Positions 49,433-59,400 of a DNA stretch of 64,000 nucleotides are shown here, piece after piece. Every line of letters begins with the position of its first letter. Position 1 is the stretch's first letter. Both the position numbers and the translations under genes were made by a program. The stretch is from a virus, in IMG/VR virus record IMGVR_UViG_3300018420_000012, positions 1-64,000 of that record; one strand, given 5' to 3'. A model generated the notes under the pieces. The model made no database searches. It saw only the letters and a list, made by a program, of their open reading frames with translations, and had not been told where the DNA came from.

Positions 49433-50284
49433 ATGAGTAATAGGGTAGATAGGACGATTACTGTAAACGGGCAAGAAATCGAGTTTTATGTTGTTAGACC
49501 TTCAAACGAGACTGTCAGATTGGCAGATAGGTTCAGAACTAAAACATGGACTGACTGCTGTAACGATGGCATACCAACAAAAAAACAGCTCGTCAAAATG
49601 AACATGGAAAACGGCAGTTGGGCAAAAGAAAAGTCCGACGCTGAAATTTACATCACTAGAGAAATTGTTAGGCTAGAGAAAGAACTGTATAGCGGTGGCG
49701 ATAAAAAGAAAAAGCCTAAACTTTCTGACGGTAGAAATCTAGCTATTAAAATTAGACAATTAAGATTAGAACTTAGAGACTTAATCGCAGAGAGAATTTC
49801 ACTTGAAGAGAATTCTGCTGAAAACCTAGCAGATAATGCAAGATTTGACTTTCTTGTTGCTCATTCTACATTCTATAAAGACGGTAGAAGGATTTATAAA
49901 GACTTTAAAGATTATAATAGTAAAAGTGCGGATGAAGTCGCATTTGCTGCGGCACAAATTTTGGCCGAGATGGTGTATAATATAGATGTGAGCTTTGAAG
50001 AAAATCTTCCTGAAAATCTTTTCCTTAAAAAGTACGGACTGGTTGATGATAAGCTCAGTTTGATTGATCCAAATACAGGTCACTTGATTGACATTAATGG
50101 TCATAGAATTGACGAGCAGGGCTATCTATTAGATGACGATGGCAAAAGGGTCGATAGAGATGGAAACAGAATTACTGAAGACGGTAACTATGAGTTAGTT
50201 GAGTATGAAAATGATCTCGTAATTAAAAAACCGGCCAGAAGAACCAGAAAAAAAGCAGAAGAACCACAAACAACGGAAAGCTAA
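49433..50284 (+). CDS. Tail assembly chaperone-like protein
   Basis: Directly upstream of TMP; similar layout to 48032 (RPS...W..E...I..L..EL...EN.A); short D..G.R.D repeats. Confidence 0.6.
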   Translation: MSNRVDRTITVNGQEIEFYVVRPSNETVRLADRFRTKTWTDCCNDGIPTKKQLVKMNMENGSWAKEKSDAEIYITREIVRLEKELYSGGDKKKKPKLSDGRNLAIKIRQLRLELRDLIAERISLEENSAENLADNARFDFLVAHSTFYKDGRRIYKDFKDYNSKSADEVAFAAAQILAEMVYNIDVSFEENLPENLFLKKYGLVDDKLSLIDPNTGHLIDINGHRIDEQGYLLDDDGKRVDRDGNRITEDGNYELVEYENDLVIKKPARRTRKKAEEPQTTES

Positions 50285-50323
50285 AATTGGATAGTGTAGT
50301 TATAACAACTCTAAGGGATTATT

Positions 50324-53300
50324 ATGTCTAGATTCGTATTGACTGCACAATTACAGCTTGCTGCACCAACAAACACAAGAAACGTAATAGATCAAATTCG
50401 TCGTGAGCTTAGAAGTTCGGGCGGGGTTGAGATTCCTGTCGAGGTTAGAGGTGCCCGCCAAGCAGAGCGAGCTGTTGAGAATGTAAGAAGAGAGACGGAG
50501 CGTGCGACCGGTGCGGCTGATGCACTTGGTCGTAGCTTTGGTCTTGCAACCAGAAGATTTGCTGCTTTTACAGTGGCAAGTAGGGCTGTAAGTCTGCTTA
50601 CAAATAATCTGTCTAAGGCTGTTGATGAAGCTATTGCATTTGAGCGAGAGCTAATCAAAATCTCTCAGGTTACTGGCAAGACGTTAAAAGACCTTCGGGG
50701 GCTCACTAGTACAATTACTGAGCTTTCTACCACCCTTGGCGTTGCAAGTTCTACACTCTTGGGCACAGCTAGAATTCTTTCTCAGGCTGGTTTTAAAGCT
50801 AATGATTTACAGGCCGCACTTACGGCTTTGGCGAAAACAGAGCTTGCTCCGACGTTTGATGATATCAACAAGACGGCAGAAGGTGCTATTGCTATTTTCT
50901 CGCAGTTTGGACAGGGTGCTTCCGCACTTGAGGCACAGCTTGGTTCTATCAATGCTGTTGCTGGTCAATTCGCTGTTGAATCTGGTGACTTGATTGACGC
51001 TATTCGTCGTACCGGTGGTGTGTTTAAATCTGCCGGTGGTACACTAGAAGAGTTCTTGGGGCTTTTCACTTCTATTCGTGCAACTACCCGTGAATCTGCC
51101 GAGTCGATTGCTACTGGTCTTAGAACCATCTTGACAAGAATTCAGCGTCCTTCTACAATTGCATACCTTGAAGAGCTTGGTGTTAATCTTACTGACCTAA
51201 ACGGTAAGTTTGTTGGCCCATTTGAAGCGGCTAAAAGACTTGGTGAGGCTTTTGGTTCACTTGAGCAAGGTGATTTAAAGTTTATTCAAATTGCTGAAGA
51301 GCTTGGTGGATTCCGTCAGATTGGTAAGGTTATCCCTCTTTTACAGCAAAGTGCATTAGCACAAGACGCTTATCAGGCAGCATTAAAGGGTACCAACTCT
51401 TTAAGTAAAGATGCCGAAACTGCACAGCAAAGTCTTTCGGTCCAAATAGCAAAAGTTAGAGAAGAATTCTTAGCTTTGATTCGTGGCATTACGGACACCG
51501 GCTCTTTTAGAACATTTACCTCTATAGCTTTAGGGCTGGCTAGTGCGTTTATCAAGGTGGCCGATGCTATCAAGCCACTACTCCCACTTATAACTGCTTT
51601 TGCTGCCGTTAGGTTTACGGCTGGGATTTCTCGTTTTATTGGCGGTGCTGGTGCTGCCCTGCGTGGTGCTGGACCTCAAGCCAGAAATGCCGGTGGTGAA
51701 ATTCTTGGGTTTGCTAGAGGTGGTTTTGTTCCCGGCTCTGGCAATAGAGACACTGTTCCAGCAATGCTTACTCCGGGCGAATTTGTAATAAAGAAAAGCA
51801 GTGCCGCGAAGATGGGTGCTGGCACGCTACAGGCAATGAATGAGAATAGATTTGCCGGTGGTGGTAGAATACCTCTTTCTGATGTCCTTGGGGAAAACAA
51901 GAGTCCTGCAATTGGATTTGCAATTCTCGAAACGGATAAGGCATCTGTGGCATCTTCGACTTATGATGTTAATTCATCTGTGTTGCAGGATAAACTGGCG
52001 AAGGCTGGTTATACAGTCGATGGAAATAGGAAAGAGGCTTTTAAAAGATTAATTACCCCTAAAGCTAGGACTGGAGCAAGACAGGGCGTTAGTGAAGAAA
52101 ATAGCAAACAATTACAAGCTGCTATAGATACAGGACTAATTGCTGGAACCAATGTCGCAGCACAAAATGCCGCATCAGTTTTTGGTGTGCAAGGCATAAC
52201 GGGTGTATCCGAAGAGGCTTCAGCAGAATTTATTTCTAGTATAAATTCCGCTTCGAGGGGGAATCTTTTTGAAAATATAATCTCTGTTTTTCAAAATAAC
52301 CTTCAAGGTACAGCTTTCAGTGATACCCCCGGTAAACCATTTGATTTTGAGGATGGTGTTGATGGTCTTTTTGGTAATACCTTTAATAGATTAAAGGGGC
52401 AGACTTATGTTGATGCTAAGGCTTCATACGACGTAGCTAGTCCAAGAAAAAACACCGGGAAAATAGCAAATCAGATTGCTGATGAACTTATTGCAGACGC
52501 AGTATTGCGAGAGAAGTATGGTATAACAACATTAGAACAAGCATCATTGTCTTCGGGCAAGGGTAAGCCACAGAAGAAAAACAAGGGCGGTGGAATTAGC
52601 GGTTCTAGCGATACCGTACCGGCCCTTCTGACTCCGGGCGAATTTGTTATCAATAAGAGTTCCGCCCAAAGTATTGGATATGGCAATCTCAATAGCATGA
52701 ATAAAACTGGCGTTGCTCGATTTGCTAAGGGTGGGCCAGTCGGCGTCCAAAGGTTTGCGTTAGGTGGGGGTGTTCAGGGTGCTGGCCTTGCTGCTGCCGG
52801 TGTTGGGTTTGCATTTCAGGCTATAGATAAATTTGCAGCCGTCACAGAAGATGCTTCAGAATCTACAGTAAAAACCAATCTTGCATTAAAGGGCCTTTTA
52901 AATTCGGTACTTGCAGTTGGCCTTATTTTTAAGGGCGTGGTTGGGTTGAGAGCTATTATAAACGATTGGGGAAATGGCGTCAAGAAAAGCACCGAGACTA
53001 CCAAGCAAGACACGCAAGCCACAAGAGAGGCTACTCAGGCTACTCGTGAAGAAGCACAAAATAATAGACAATCCACATCCGGCGGCGGCTCTGGCGGCTC
53101 TGACGACTCTGACGATGAGAATACGCAAAAATTATCTAAGGCCGAGCAGAATAGAATTGCTAACGCAAAGAAGATACTTGAGCTTGAGAAGAAAAGAGAT
53201 GTTAGTGCTCAACGCAGCATCAAGTCTGCTAATAAGGCGACAGCCGCTGATAGAAAACTTGCAGATACAAGTCAAAAACTAGCTTCGACTCGTCGAGATG

Positions 53301-56300
53301 AGGCAATTCAAACTAGCAAAATCGAAACCTTATCAAAAAAATCACGCGAGCTAAGAAGAGCTGGAGTAACAGCAGACAAAAATTCTCAGGATATTCAAAA
53401 AAGAGCACTTGCTACAATAGAGGCAAGAGCCAGAGCGTTAAAGAAGGAAAGAACAGAAACAAGAGCGAGCGTTACTACTCTGGTAACATCAGAGACTAGA
53501 CTAAAGAAAGCTAGAAGTGTATCTATTCTACAAACAAATAAGCAAGCAAAAGCTGCAAATGCTCTTAATGCTAGAATACAAAGAAAGACAAGAATTGAGC
53601 AAATTAATAATAACACGCTTTTAAAAACCGAAGTTACTCTCGCGAAAATGAGGAACGCATACATAAAAGAAAGGGACGCACGCCGATCAGCCCAACAGGG
53701 AATGACTAGATTCCGGCGGAACCTTGTTAGATTATTTAATCCTGTTGCGGCAGCTAGTTCTAGTGTTAAAGTGCTAACGAGAGAAATATCAAAATTGAAT
53801 CGTGAGGCTAAAAAGGGCAAGGGCTTTGGTCAGAGAGTTAGGGGTGGCATTGCCAAAGTTGGTGGTACACTCACTGCCGCTGGCGGTGGAGTTCTAGCTC
53901 TTGGTGCTATTGGAAGCCAAATTGCTTCGGGGTTCCAGCAGCTTGCCGACAGACAAAAGGATGTAGCGTTAAGACAGGGAAACACAGCTGGTGCTGTTAA
54001 GGCTGCTGGTGCATCTGCCCAAGCCGAGACGATTGGAGAATTATTTACTGCTGCTGGTTATATTGAGGCACTTACAGACCCAGAAGGCTTCGCAAACAGA
54101 AGATTCGAGAAAAAACAGAGAGCAGAGGCCGACGCTGCGGTTGAAAGTTCGCTTAAAATTTCACAAGCAAGTGTTAAATCCTTGGGTGAAGGCGGGTTTA
54201 ATAATCAAGATGGAACAATTGATTTTCAACGATCCGCCCAAGACAGTGCTAAGGCTTTTGCAATAGCCAGAAGAGAAATTAGTCAGCTTCCATATGCAGA
54301 ACGTGCGGCAGCGGAATCGAGGTTGTTAGATCAGCAAGTGGAACAAATTACGAGTTTAGCTAATGCTGGTGCAAGTCTAACAGAACTACAAACAATTGCC
54401 GATCAGTTTACTGGTGGTTTCGGTAAAGGTTCCGATAGATTAAATAAGCTAATAGACAGCCTTATCTTGGCTAGAGAAGTACAACAACAATTAAATAAAG
54501 CCAACATTGATAGTTTAAAAATTACTAGTGCATTTAACGCAGCTAATCTTGCCGTTCAAAACTTTACAAATCAAATCACTTCAGGTGCCGACCCTCTTCA
54601 GACATTCTTTAATACATTTGAGGCAAGCAAGCAAAATATTGGTATTGATGCTTCTGCTGCAATTACTGAGATTGAAAATGCATTAGTCGAATCTGCCACC
54701 GGTGCTGGTGCTAGAAGATTAGCATCATCTATTCAGGGGCAAGCTGCTACGGCTAGGGCTGTAAATGAATTTAACGCAACCGCTGGTGCTAGAATATCTA
54801 ATGTTAATTTACGAACAGGTGATGCTGGTAAAGAAGATTTAGAAAAGGCATTGCTAGAGGGCGTTGATGACCCTCAAATTAGAAAAGCTGTTAGAGCAAA
54901 AATCAATGCCCTAAATTCAGAAGAGATTGCCACAACCGATATCAGCAAGTTTGTTCAAGAAATTCAAGCTGAAGTTGGCGAACTAAGCAAGGGCTTCACT
55001 GGTGCTGCTCAGGCTTTACTTGCACATAATCAGCAAATGGCACAGCTTTATGCAAAAAGAGAGCAATTAGAACAGGCGGCGGCAGAAGCACAAGTTAAAG
55101 CAATCGACACGCAAATTGAAGCTGCGAAGATTGCAGAAGAGTTTGGTGGTCCAAAAGTTACATCTGGGGCAATTGAAGCAGCCAGAGTAGCACAGTTTAA
55201 TGCGATTGGTGGACTAGCTGGTGCTACACTTGGTAGCGGCTCCGCACAAGAAATAGGAAGAATCAGGCAGCAGTTGGCGGACCAGTTTGCTGCGGCAAAT
55301 GAGACAGCTTTCCAAAATATAGTTCTTTCTGGTGCTGGCCTAAATAATAGAGGTGCTTTTGCTGGACAGCAAGGAAATGTAGACGATGTAAGACCAGAAA
55401 CGGTCAGAGCACAAGAAGCCTTAAATACTATAATTAGACAACAAATTGAAGCCAAAAAAGAAGAACTTAAAATAATCAAGGAAAAGAACGCAGCTGAAAA
55501 ATCCGCTCTAGACAAATTAATAAGTGGCGATGTAGCAGGTTTTATCGCACAGCAAGAAGCTGCCGGTGCAGCCGCAGCTCTTGAGACTGGAGATAGAGGC
55601 TTGGCTGGCTTGTTTGACGCTTCTGCACTCGGTGCTGGATTCAAGGAGCTTGAAAAGCGTGGTGCCGCAACCTTCGAGGCCGCACAAGCTACCCTTTCCT
55701 CTTTTGGTATTGCTGACACTAGTAGTGCTAGGGTTCTCTCTGGCACGACAGCTCAAGAAGAGGCGGCTAAGTCACAGATCAGAGCACTAGCTGGTGAACT
55801 TGGTCAACTAGCTACAGATCAGGCGGTTATTGCACAGTCGAATATTTCGATTCAAGATGCAACAATTACTGCTGCACAGGTTAGCTTCGAGAGGGGATTA
55901 AGGACGACATCTGAAAATAATACTTCCGAAGTCAGCTCAGTGTCTCAATTCGCTAGAGGGGGAACCGTTTATGCGAACCGTGGAATGTTTGTTCCTCGTG
56001 GAACCGATACTGTTCCAGCTATGTTGACTCCGGGAGAGTTTGTGGTTAATCGTTCGGCAGTTCAGCGTGGTAACAATTTGCAAATTTTAAACGCCATGAA
56101 CTCTGGTGGCGGTGCTAGTTCGCCAACCGCAAAGAGTGGTGGCGGACCAGTTCAATATTATCGTTTTGGCGGCCTTGTGGACGCTATTAATTCAGCCTTC
56201 ACATCTGCTGGAAATGGACTACAGGGTATATTTAATCAATTCGCTAAGAGCGTTCAAACATTAAGTGACACCAAGTTTTCTATTAAATTAGACCCAGTTC

Positions 56301-56458
56301 AGATAAATATTAATGGTGGATCATTCCTTGGTCTGATGAAGCAAGAGATCAAGGATGAATTACTCAAAGAAGTCGGTAAAGAGCTGCAAAAGGGAGGATT
56401 CAATAACACTGGATCATTTACAACTAGTAACTCAGTTTTACAGAGGCCAGCTGGCTAA
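50324..56458 (+). CDS. Tail tape measure protein with embedded nuclease-like domain
   Basis: TP901-type TMP core (FERELIKISQVTG...INAVAGQFAVES.DL...), Ala-rich helices, hydrophobic segments, three DTVPAxLTPGEFV modules. Confidence 0.9.
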   Translation: MSRFVLTAQLQLAAPTNTRNVIDQIRRELRSSGGVEIPVEVRGARQAERAVENVRRETERATGAADALGRSFGLATRRFAAFTVASRAVSLLTNNLSKAVDEAIAFERELIKISQVTGKTLKDLRGLTSTITELSTTLGVASSTLLGTARILSQAGFKANDLQAALTALAKTELAPTFDDINKTAEGAIAIFSQFGQGASALEAQLGSINAVAGQFAVESGDLIDAIRRTGGVFKSAGGTLEEFLGLFTSIRATTRESAESIATGLRTILTRIQRPSTIAYLEELGVNLTDLNGKFVGPFEAAKRLGEAFGSLEQGDLKFIQIAEELGGFRQIGKVIPLLQQSALAQDAYQAALKGTNSLSKDAETAQQSLSVQIAKVREEFLALIRGITDTGSFRTFTSIALGLASAFIKVADAIKPLLPLITAFAAVRFTAGISRFIGGAGAALRGAGPQARNAGGEILGFARGGFVPGSGNRDTVPAMLTPGEFVIKKSSAAKMGAGTLQAMNENRFAGGGRIPLSDVLGENKSPAIGFAILETDKASVASSTYDVNSSVLQDKLAKAGYTVDGNRKEAFKRLITPKARTGARQGVSEENSKQLQAAIDTGLIAGTNVAAQNAASVFGVQGITGVSEEASAEFISSINSASRGNLFENIISVFQNNLQGTAFSDTPGKPFDFEDGVDGLFGNTFNRLKGQTYVDAKASYDVASPRKNTGKIANQIADELIADAVLREKYGITTLEQASLSSGKGKPQKKNKGGGISGSSDTVPALLTPGEFVINKSSAQSIGYGNLNSMNKTGVARFAKGGPVGVQRFALGGGVQGAGLAAAGVGFAFQAIDKFAAVTEDASESTVKTNLALKGLLNSVLAVGLIFKGVVGLRAIINDWGNGVKKSTETTKQDTQATREATQATREEAQNNRQSTSGGGSGGSDDSDDENTQKLSKAEQNRIANAKKILELEKKRDVSAQRSIKSANKATAADRKLADTSQKLASTRRDEAIQTSKIETLSKKSRELRRAGVTADKNSQDIQKRALATIEARARALKKERTETRASVTTLVTSETRLKKARSVSILQTNKQAKAANALNARIQRKTRIEQINNNTLLKTEVTLAKMRNAYIKERDARRSAQQGMTRFRRNLVRLFNPVAAASSSVKVLTREISKLNREAKKGKGFGQRVRGGIAKVGGTLTAAGGGVLALGAIGSQIASGFQQLADRQKDVALRQGNTAGAVKAAGASAQAETIGELFTAAGYIEALTDPEGFANRRFEKKQRAEADAAVESSLKISQASVKSLGEGGFNNQDGTIDFQRSAQDSAKAFAIARREISQLPYAERAAAESRLLDQQVEQITSLANAGASLTELQTIADQFTGGFGKGSDRLNKLIDSLILAREVQQQLNKANIDSLKITSAFNAANLAVQNFTNQITSGADPLQTFFNTFEASKQNIGIDASAAITEIENALVESATGAGARRLASSIQGQAATARAVNEFNATAGARISNVNLRTGDAGKEDLEKALLEGVDDPQIRKAVRAKINALNSEEIATTDISKFVQEIQAEVGELSKGFTGAAQALLAHNQQMAQLYAKREQLEQAAAEAQVKAIDTQIEAAKIAEEFGGPKVTSGAIEAARVAQFNAIGGLAGATLGSGSAQEIGRIRQQLADQFAAANETAFQNIVLSGAGLNNRGAFAGQQGNVDDVRPETVRAQEALNTIIRQQIEAKKEELKIIKEKNAAEKSALDKLISGDVAGFIAQQEAAGAAAALETGDRGLAGLFDASALGAGFKELEKRGAATFEAAQATLSSFGIADTSSARVLSGTTAQEEAAKSQIRALAGELGQLATDQAVIAQSNISIQDATITAAQVSFERGLRTTSENNTSEVSSVSQFARGGTVYANRGMFVPRGTDTVPAMLTPGEFVVNRSAVQRGNNLQILNAMNSGGGASSPTAKSGGGPVQYYRFGGLVDAINSAFTSAGNGLQGIFNQFAKSVQTLSDTKFSIKLDPVQININGGSFLGLMKQEIKDELLKEVGKELQKGGFNNTGSFTTSNSVLQRPAG

Positions 56459-56474
56459 CGGAGAAATATAGGGA

Positions 56475-59400
56475 ATGTCAGATTTATTTTTTAAAGCACT
56501 AGAATGTTCTTGTGTAAAAGGAACCGCAGTTACTTGTCCTGCTGGTGGCGAGATCGTTGCAACTATGTCTGCGACAGCTACAATATCTGCTTCCGTTGAA
56601 TCAGATTCAAAAATATTTTCACCACAACCCGCAGATATTTGCAATGATACAGTTCAAGCCATTTCCGGTAGTGGCCCACTTTACCTTGTTACTACAAATG
56701 GTTCGTGTGGTGATATCAACACGGATTCTCTAGCTCAAATTTCTATTGGTGAAGAAACTTATTATTACAACATTATAACTATTGATGGTAATTCAATAAC
56801 TTTAGAGTATGATAATAGTACAGACGATATTGATAGACAGATAGAGATTGGTGATAGTCTACAATTCACTACTTATCTTGACACTATTCCGGTAGCTATA
56901 TCAAGAACAAGGGGTTTGTCACAAGTTGTCGAGGCTGACTCCGAGGTTTCAGCAAAGGCTTCTGCTAGAATTCAATTTGATCTAGACGCTTTCTTAGCGG
57001 AGGGTGAAATTGTTGAAGATTTATCAGCCGATTATTCTGCCAGTGGATTATTCATATCCGATGGGGAGTTTATAAATACAAATACCGACAAGGTTAATGG
57101 TGAATTTAGTGATTTTTATTGTCAACAAATTCTTTATCCAAGTGGCGACTTAGCTATTGATGAAGGGTTTGGCTCCTTCATCGCCGTCTATAATCAGAGT
57201 GGCAATCTTTATTCGTACATTGATGAGGGTGTCTATCAGGGCTTATTGATGGACCGTGGAGATTCCGTTCTATTAACCGACGATATAAATTCATTTATTC
57301 ACCCAAATACAATTCACACAGAGGGCTTCTTTCAGTATAAATGCTCTCTTACAGAGCTATACGTTCGTCCAGACGATTCGTATTTAAGAATGAGGGTTTC
57401 TGCTCCACTCAGAAACTACGAATCTAGAATTGCCCCTCTCTATACCGTCTATAATATTAGGCTTAATGACCCATCTGGTAATCTTATTATTAAGTACAAA
57501 GATTTTACCGTAAGGGGAGACTCAGATCAAGAACATCCAAACTATACAACTTACTCCATATCCACAGAGCAGAATGTATTAGCCGAAAGCTATGACTGGG
57601 AGAGAACGACACAGCCACATATGCACGAGGTTAGTGGCTATTCGTTGTCATTTAATATTAGAGCTATAGCACTTGATGATGCATTTACAGAAGGTTTTGA
57701 CGAGGGCTTTGAAGAAAATTATATCATACCAGAAATATTTAATGTTAGCGGTAATAATTATTTAGCACTAGATGGTTCTCCAATTTCCACCCAAGAAGAA
57801 AGATTTATTAATCCTACGGATGGGTTTAGAATTTCTGCTCTAGAAATTTGTAATAGTGGCGGGATTGGGTTTGGTTATAGAATAGAAAACACTCTGTCAT
57901 TCTATACTGAAGTACCAGAAACCGGAAGAAGATTAGAGCGTCAAATTCTTCCTTCCTTTATGCCAGTGTCTACGTTTGATACATCAATCTGGCCTTCTGT
58001 TAGTAGTGTCTGGGAAAGCTCAAGAGACAACTCTGTTACCAATCTTGATAAGTGCGGTTCAGAAGAACTAATTAAAATTCTAACGGGTGGTGGCCCTGAT
58101 TATATTACCCTTAATGCTATGGGTGGCGATAATATTGCCGACTCTGGAAAACTCACCATTAAATTTTCTTATGGGCCTTCTCCTGTCAGCGAAGTGACAT
58201 TAGGTGCGTTCAATTCTGATTTTGACCAAAACACTGAATCTATTTGGTTTAGCCCAAGCGGTGCTTTTAATACAGAAAATACAACTACTGGAGATCGACT
58301 AAAGCAAGATTTGTCTTTTGTTGATATTGACACTCTCACACTCAAAGTTGTAGCCAAGAAAGAAATTGGTTCTAGAGATTACATCCTTGATGTTGTTGGA
58401 TACAGTGATGATAAACTTCTAAATATGACCCCTGCTTCCGGTGGATTTATTCAAGACCCATCTGGAGTTATTCTTAATGATCTATTTGTTCCGAATGTAG
58501 GTCAACATCCAGTTCTGTCTGGTTTTTATTCTAATGGCAACGACTTCGCACTTGGTGGCACCGCCATCTCCCAAAAAGAACAATACTATCAAGCCAGCGG
58601 AAACGATCACTATAAACTCGCTCAGTACCCAACTGTTACCGGTACAGAATTTGAGACTTATGAGATACCTTTAGTTATTATAGATGAATCAGTAATCCTT
58701 GGTAAAGGTAAAGATTACAGTCTTAGCTCATTATTTGAACACCTATATTTAGATATATTTCCACTCCCAAGTGGTGCTAGTATCCGAGATATTTCTTTAT
58801 GTGCTAGGTACAAACCACAAAACGCTTTGCAATTCTATACTGAAGGTGGAGAGGGCATAGGCAAGCCTCAAGATGGTAGGTCGGAAGCGGCATTATTCCC
58901 ATCCGGCAGACAAACTGGTGATAATATATTAAATGCTGGTTCTGGATACGGCCCAATTTCTACCATAGAAGGTCTGCCCCATGCGTTTAGTTCGCCTGAG
59001 ACAATCAAATCAAACTACTCAAGAAGGTGGCGTGGTCGTGAAGGCACAGTAAGAGGGCCATACGACATAGACCAGTTCTCGTTCTCTTTTGAGAATCCTC
59101 TATTAGATTATCCATTCTTGTCTGGTTACTTCAAGTTTGACGATATTGAAGATGGATATGTCAAATCTGCGATTCTTGGCGGTGACTATGGAACCGTTAG
59201 TGGTTTAATAGTTGGCGACTTTGAATCATATCAGAATGTTGGATGGAGACTAACAAGCGGAACCTTGTTCCAAGATGCTATGCCGGGATTCAGCGGGAAC
59301 TATACGACAACCGACTGGACTTCTTTATCCAACGGGTCAACGACGTTTGTTGGCAATCCAATGTACGGAAAAATTGCCGATGCTTTTGATAGAGTCGTAA

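Noticed and set aside
48032-50284. Canonical -1 programmed frameshift between tail chaperone genes
   Set aside because: The three genes do not overlap, the downstream two have strong RBSs, and no convincing slippery heptamer was seen at their ends
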